Shown in pieces: positions 48,749 to 64,000 of a stretch of DNA of 64,000 bases. Source of the stretch: Phoronis australis (Eukaryota > Animalia > Phoronida); assembly GCA_002633005.1 (NCBI GenBank), contig NMRA01000322.1, positions 372,001 to 436,000 of the forward strand, given 5' to 3'. Under the pieces are notes generated by a model. The model saw only the letters and a list, made by a program, of their open reading frames with translations. It was not told the origin of the DNA and did no database searches. Each line of letters starts with the position of its first letter. The stretch's first letter is position 1. A program made the position numbers and the translations under genes.

Positions 48749-50220
48749 GTGAGACACAACTCAAGATCATCCTGCCATTGAATATTTTGTGAAGTTAAAA
48801 TTGAAATAAGGCTGGTTGAGAAAACAACAACCATTTTTGCTACCAATTTGATGATTTTGTAAAATGGCAGTCAATGTATGGATTCCCTCCCATTGCTATC
48901 ACAGTGCCATGTCGCTTGAATTATTAATGAATTAGTAATTGTGCCAAATAAGCTGCATCTGAAATAACTGGACACATTTTTATGCACCCAATGTGTACAT
49001 TATGTGGCCCGGGGGCATACTGCTGTCATCTTGGACGGTCGGGTGTCATAGTGGCCATTTTTATTCACTTTTGATTGTCTGAAATATTTCAGTTGAATCA
49101 TTGGGAAGATCATTATGAAATTTGGCAGACGTACTTGTATTGAAGAGATAGATGCTAATTTATGGGCAGTTTTGAATTCTGTTGTCTCCCCTGCTGTGTA
49201 CCTATTTACAGGGAGCACAGCTGGTGCTGATTTTAGGATGAGTCTGACTCAGTGACGTGTCCTCGTGACAATTTAGGTTTTCTTTGGGTATGCCCTAATA
49301 TCTACAAAGTTAACTTATTAATTCCTTGATAGGTATCCATGAAATTTGACAAATAACTCTCTATGAAGATGATGTTGACACTTACCCATGCATTCTAACT
49401 ATTCTGCACTGCCCCCTAGTGACGTGAAGAATCAACGTGGAAGTTGACAGATGTGTTCTCTGTCATGGCAGTTGTAGTTTTCGTTACATCTATCTCGGTG
49501 GCTCTCTAAATGTTGACGTACGTGATTATGTTGTGAGGAGAGTGGTCGAGTTTTGGGCAGTTCCAATTACTGATGCCGCATAGTGGCATTTTTGATTGAT
49601 TTTCGTGAGGAACGATTAGGGTTGGTGTTAATGTTTAGACACATCTAACCAGCGGGGTGCTCCCTTGGTGTAATTAGGATATACTTTGCGTCTGCCTCAA
49701 TATATATCAAGTGCTATTGACTAACAACACTCGAGCAACATGCACGTTTTTGATATGCTACAAAGTTTTGGATTGAAGTATGGAAGGTTAACGCAAATGG
49801 TTCAGTTCACCTGTCGTTAGATGATTTTTGCCTGAATGAGTGCCGAAGATGGTACGAACGTAACTTTGAGGCCAGACCCTTATTTGTTAGTTCACGAAAG
49901 GGAGTTTGAAACATAAATCCGTCAAGTCAGTATTGGTGCCCATGGTACAAGTGTCTTTGTCAATATTCTGAAGATGATCTGTGTGCTTTACAAAGTAAAT
50001 TTATTGTGATTAATAATTGATGGTGCTTTCTGTTTCAGTTTGTATAATGTATTTTATAACTGACGTTTTTGTAAATCCTTTTAATTGTGGACTTGTTACG
50101 CTGCAGCATATTAAATGTTATGCATAATATGATTATTTTTGTATTTAGTTAATAGTGAATTACTGCTGGTAGTGTACACGTAATTTTTAACATGTATGTT
50201 TTGTGATAACAATAGGAAAG

Positions 50221-50226
50221 AATAAA
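50221..50226 (+). terminator. Candidate MEST polyadenylation signal AATAAA
   Basis: Ends a T-rich ~1.5 kb stretch after the stop; not verified by transcripts. Confidence 0.4.
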
Positions 50227-50866
50227 CAGTTATAATATTGCAGGAGTGCAAGTCATTTCTTTGCTGTTCCAAGAGTATAACTGACTGCCTAACAAAACGT
50301 AAGTTTTAAACTTACCTATGACAAATTAAGAAATCTCTGCCTTGTACAAACACTGGATTTTTCTAAAAATAATTTCACAAATCAGTTCACATAATTTGAG
50401 AACAATACTGTTGATTTGTACTCAATTAGTAGACACTCCTAATTTGACGTTCGTCATATTAACAGTTTCATTGAAGTAGAAACCTCATAATTATTGTTTA
50501 AAGCATCTATAAACCTGCATTTCATCCAACTGTCTTGTTGCTCAGATGAGAACTGATTTCTGGGATTGCAAAGAACTGACAGAGTTTGTTATTCCTTGAA
50601 ACAATGCTCAGCAGGCAAGGTTACAGCTGTTTAATAAGTTGTCGAGAATACATGATTTTAGTCAAAATTTGTGACTGAATAATAACCTGTTAGTCCATAA
50701 ACAATAAATATCACACAAGCCAACACAATCCCACCACTGCTAGTCCCCAATACGTAAATTGGCCTCACTATTTCCTTTTAGATCTACAAAAATGTAATTT
50801 TAATGTTGATCCAAATGATAGCGTAGACAAAAGCACCAAAAAGCAGAGAATTGTTGCATGGACAGT

Positions 50867-50935
50867 AAATGCAAGCTAGGGCCACAGCAACTGATGAGTA
50901 GAAATGCAAGCTAGGGCCACAGCAAATGATGAGTA
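50867..50935. repeat. 35-bp tandem repeat x2
   Basis: AAATGCAAGCTAGGGCCACAGCAA.TGATGAGTA occurs twice. Confidence 0.85.
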
Positions 50936-53052
50936 AAAATGCCCCTCAAAGATAAACTGGGAGCTGTGCTCTTGTAAACGTAATATCAGCAAGTGCTGGT
51001 TGAAGATATGCCTAGACACATAAATATGTCCTCACTTACCATTCGTACATATGTCCTATAGGCTCTGAAAACGTCTACAGCAAACAAGCAACAAATGGGC
51101 ATCGTTTGTGCCATGTCTTGAAACTTAGCTATTTCAAACTCCTACAAAAACCTGTCCAGTTTTCACCAAAAATTCACTACCAGACATTGGGTTTTTCTAC
51201 CAGTACACCCCCCCATAAGTCGAACTAAAACGCACTGAATAGCCGACTATCGAATGTGTTAGATAAACAGTCGTGCAGAGATGGATGACTTTATTGATAC
51301 ATCCGAACATTAAAACAGTGCGTTCGGTTTTAACAACAGTACTCTTTTTACCTGACTATATAAAACAACAATTAGTACAAAATACATAAATGACAAAATT
51401 CACAAAAATAGAGCCATAAGTTACCTTAATAATAGCACTCTCCACAACTTCCCTGTCCAAGTCTTACATAGCACTGTCTAACCACCACCCAAATACATAG
51501 CAAAGAGACTTGCATAAGCAGGCAAATGGGCCACGAGATCACAAGATCATGCTCCAGTTAAGTCTCTGGCCAGCCAATAGCACAACAGAGTCAGAAGGAA
51601 TGTGAGGCTCTCCAAGGTGACAATAGAAAGCATTAAGGGTTTACACTAAATGCTAAATATCATACAACATGGAAGGGTTGAGGTAATAACAATACCCACA
51701 GTTCCTCACAAATACATGGGGACTTGTAAAATTAAAACAAACATGGCTGGGAGTAGCAAGAACTCCTAGAGTACATGGTCTGTCAATGACATAATTCACG
51801 AGAAGAAACTAACAAGACAAGTGGATATATGTGTGGAATGCCATTTATTACATATCTCCCTGTAAATGTGATGAACCACTGAGACGAGTAAACAACTTAA
51901 AATGTTGATTCAAAACTTGATAATTTGTGTTGTCACAATTGCCGATAGAACATAGCACATTGATCATGTCAAAGTCATATGCTATTGTGGCTGGGATATG
52001 CTTATCAGATGGTGTATGAATTGAAATTGTAACGTGACAGTGAAGTTAGATGAAAAGAAAAGTAATAAAGGACTCCATTTTCGACAAAAACGTTTTGTTT
52101 CAATGAAAAATTATGTGAAAACCAACATTTCTTCTCAATACAGTTAAATTATTAAAAAAACACATTATAATTACCAATAATCATGCTTAATTTCTACTTA
52201 TACATATTTTGGCAATCATGGTATTCCAGATTAGTAAAAATCCAAAATTGGCATAAATTCACAAATATAAGGAATGCTCAAATGCTACATGAAAAACCTG
52301 TCACTGGCAAAGTCACAGAGGGCTTCCTCTGTTTGTCCACTGCAAAAAAATCTCTAGTCAAAATTCATACTAATATAGAATTTATATTTGGGCACTTCCC
52401 TCCCCTGTTCATTGCANCCCCCCCCCCCCCCGCCCACCCACAAAGTTTTGCATTTGGCCCCATGCTCAACAGTCAAAAAATCTCCACCTAGGGATACTAT
52501 CTAATTTGGGACGTCGATATAAATCCAAGCTGACATTAAATTTTCTTGATTTTAAAGACTAGTACTTGGACAATTTTGGGGCTCATAATTTTAGTCGAAT
52601 ATTAGACACTGCGTTCTGTAACAACCCAGCCCAAAAGCAGACTTGGCAGATCATAAAATCCTTGAAAGCCGCCGACTTCGTGTGTCCTCAAGGTGAACGA
52701 TCATTTGTCACACTGACTGCAATTCTTAAATTTGGAATTATAGCCAATATTGCCTATTTCTAAAATTGTAAACTTGAACAAAATTATTTTTTAATGCCTG
52801 ACTGAAGAATTTTTGCCATACTTCTGGCTATACTAGTGCTTGTGACACAGTGAATTTTGAGTTTCCAATAGAAGCAGAGTTAAGTCATAAGCCCGTTTTT
52901 GATAATCTAAATGATATTCAGCACCTGACTTGGCTGATGTCTAAATTATGCAAGCCTCCCACGCCCATACCGTTATCAGCTTATCAAGCTTCACGCGAAA
53001 TACTTCGCCCCATTTGAATACAACTCCAGTTACGAAGAGGTGGTGCCATCTG

Positions 53053-63161
<10,109 letters not shown>

Positions 63162-64000
63162 CTATCAAAGAGTAGATAATTAGTTTTATTTATTTTAAAC
63201 ATTTTGAGTGGTTTATAATTGCTAAACTACATCGAGACGTAATAAGTAAGTATTTGTAAAAACATGGGTCAAGTGAGTGCTGAAAGAAAGAAAAATTTTA
63301 GATGACACAAATATTTCACTTAAGGGAATTCTTCACCGATTGAGTTCACAATACGGTGGACTGATCAAATAGTATTTTTTCCAAACTAATAAAGGTTACA
63401 AAAGTTCTAGTCTACTATCAACATGGCTTAAACTCTTCAGATGTCAAAAAGAGACATTTGATAAAGCTTCAATAATTTACAACAATCGGCCTTTGAAACA
63501 TACAAAAATTACAATTTTGTCAAGTATTTTTGTGAGAAATAAGTGAAGAATTAGTGTAATAATGAACACTAAAACATGGGCATCAAGCAGTTCTTAATTC
63601 AGGCTTTGATAACTACAGCCTTGGTACAAAGTTGTATACTAAATATACAGCTTTGCACTGATATGGGTAAAAAGTGGTAAGATAAAATCTGACACAAAAT
63701 TAGTGTCATTAAAAACTACAGTCTTCCTTGCGTAAACTAAATTCTTTAACAGTGTTGGAAAAATGGCGTTCTACCATATGTCCATTATCCTGCTGGTAAA
63801 GTTGTGGAGCGATCTTTAGCGACAGGTTTTGGCGCCATGAAATATTGCTTCACCTCTGGGCCAGTTACTTTTTTCGCCGATTCTTCAATCAACTGTTCTT
63901 CTTTCATGAGGTTGCGTAAACGTCACAACAAATTATCGGAGCTGGTTTCACATCATAACTTTTTAGAGTTTTGATACCGAAAAACTGAATTTCAGAAGAA

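Noticed and set aside
63780-63910. Short minus-strand ATG frames as SUMF1 exon 1
   Set aside because: Neither encodes a signal peptide and the only plausible donor has the wrong phase; exon 1 is probably beyond the window.

Overview
AT-rich, intron-rich eukaryotic DNA, most likely from an invertebrate bilaterian (species not determinable), in a draft assembly that looks heterozygous. Three genes can be rebuilt exon by exon from splice sites, phase and protein motifs. (1) IMPDH on the - strand: ATG at 32778, running off the left edge after the catalytic-Cys exon. (2) MEST on the + strand: complete 326-aa CDS, 35028-48748, head-to-head with IMPDH and needing one GC-AG intron. (3) SUMF1/FGE on the - strand: stop at 53053, first exon not found in the window. 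The main finding is that IMPDH carries two tandem, intact, same-phase, ~54%-identical versions of the exon encoding the first CBS motif of the allosteric Bateman domain (12325-12531 and 11676-11885). This is the signature of mutually exclusive splicing of a nucleotide-sensing module. Three larger near-identical duplications (IMPDH exons 2-4, a 0.54-kb intronic piece, SUMF1 exons 7-8) each sit on a single N and are probably uncollapsed haplotypes. Introns contain Penelope-like GIY-YIG fragments (one with a hammerhead-like motif), MITE-like elements, SINE-like heads, minisatellites and CTCF-like motifs. Comparisons with human proteins and exon sizes are from memory, not from a search.
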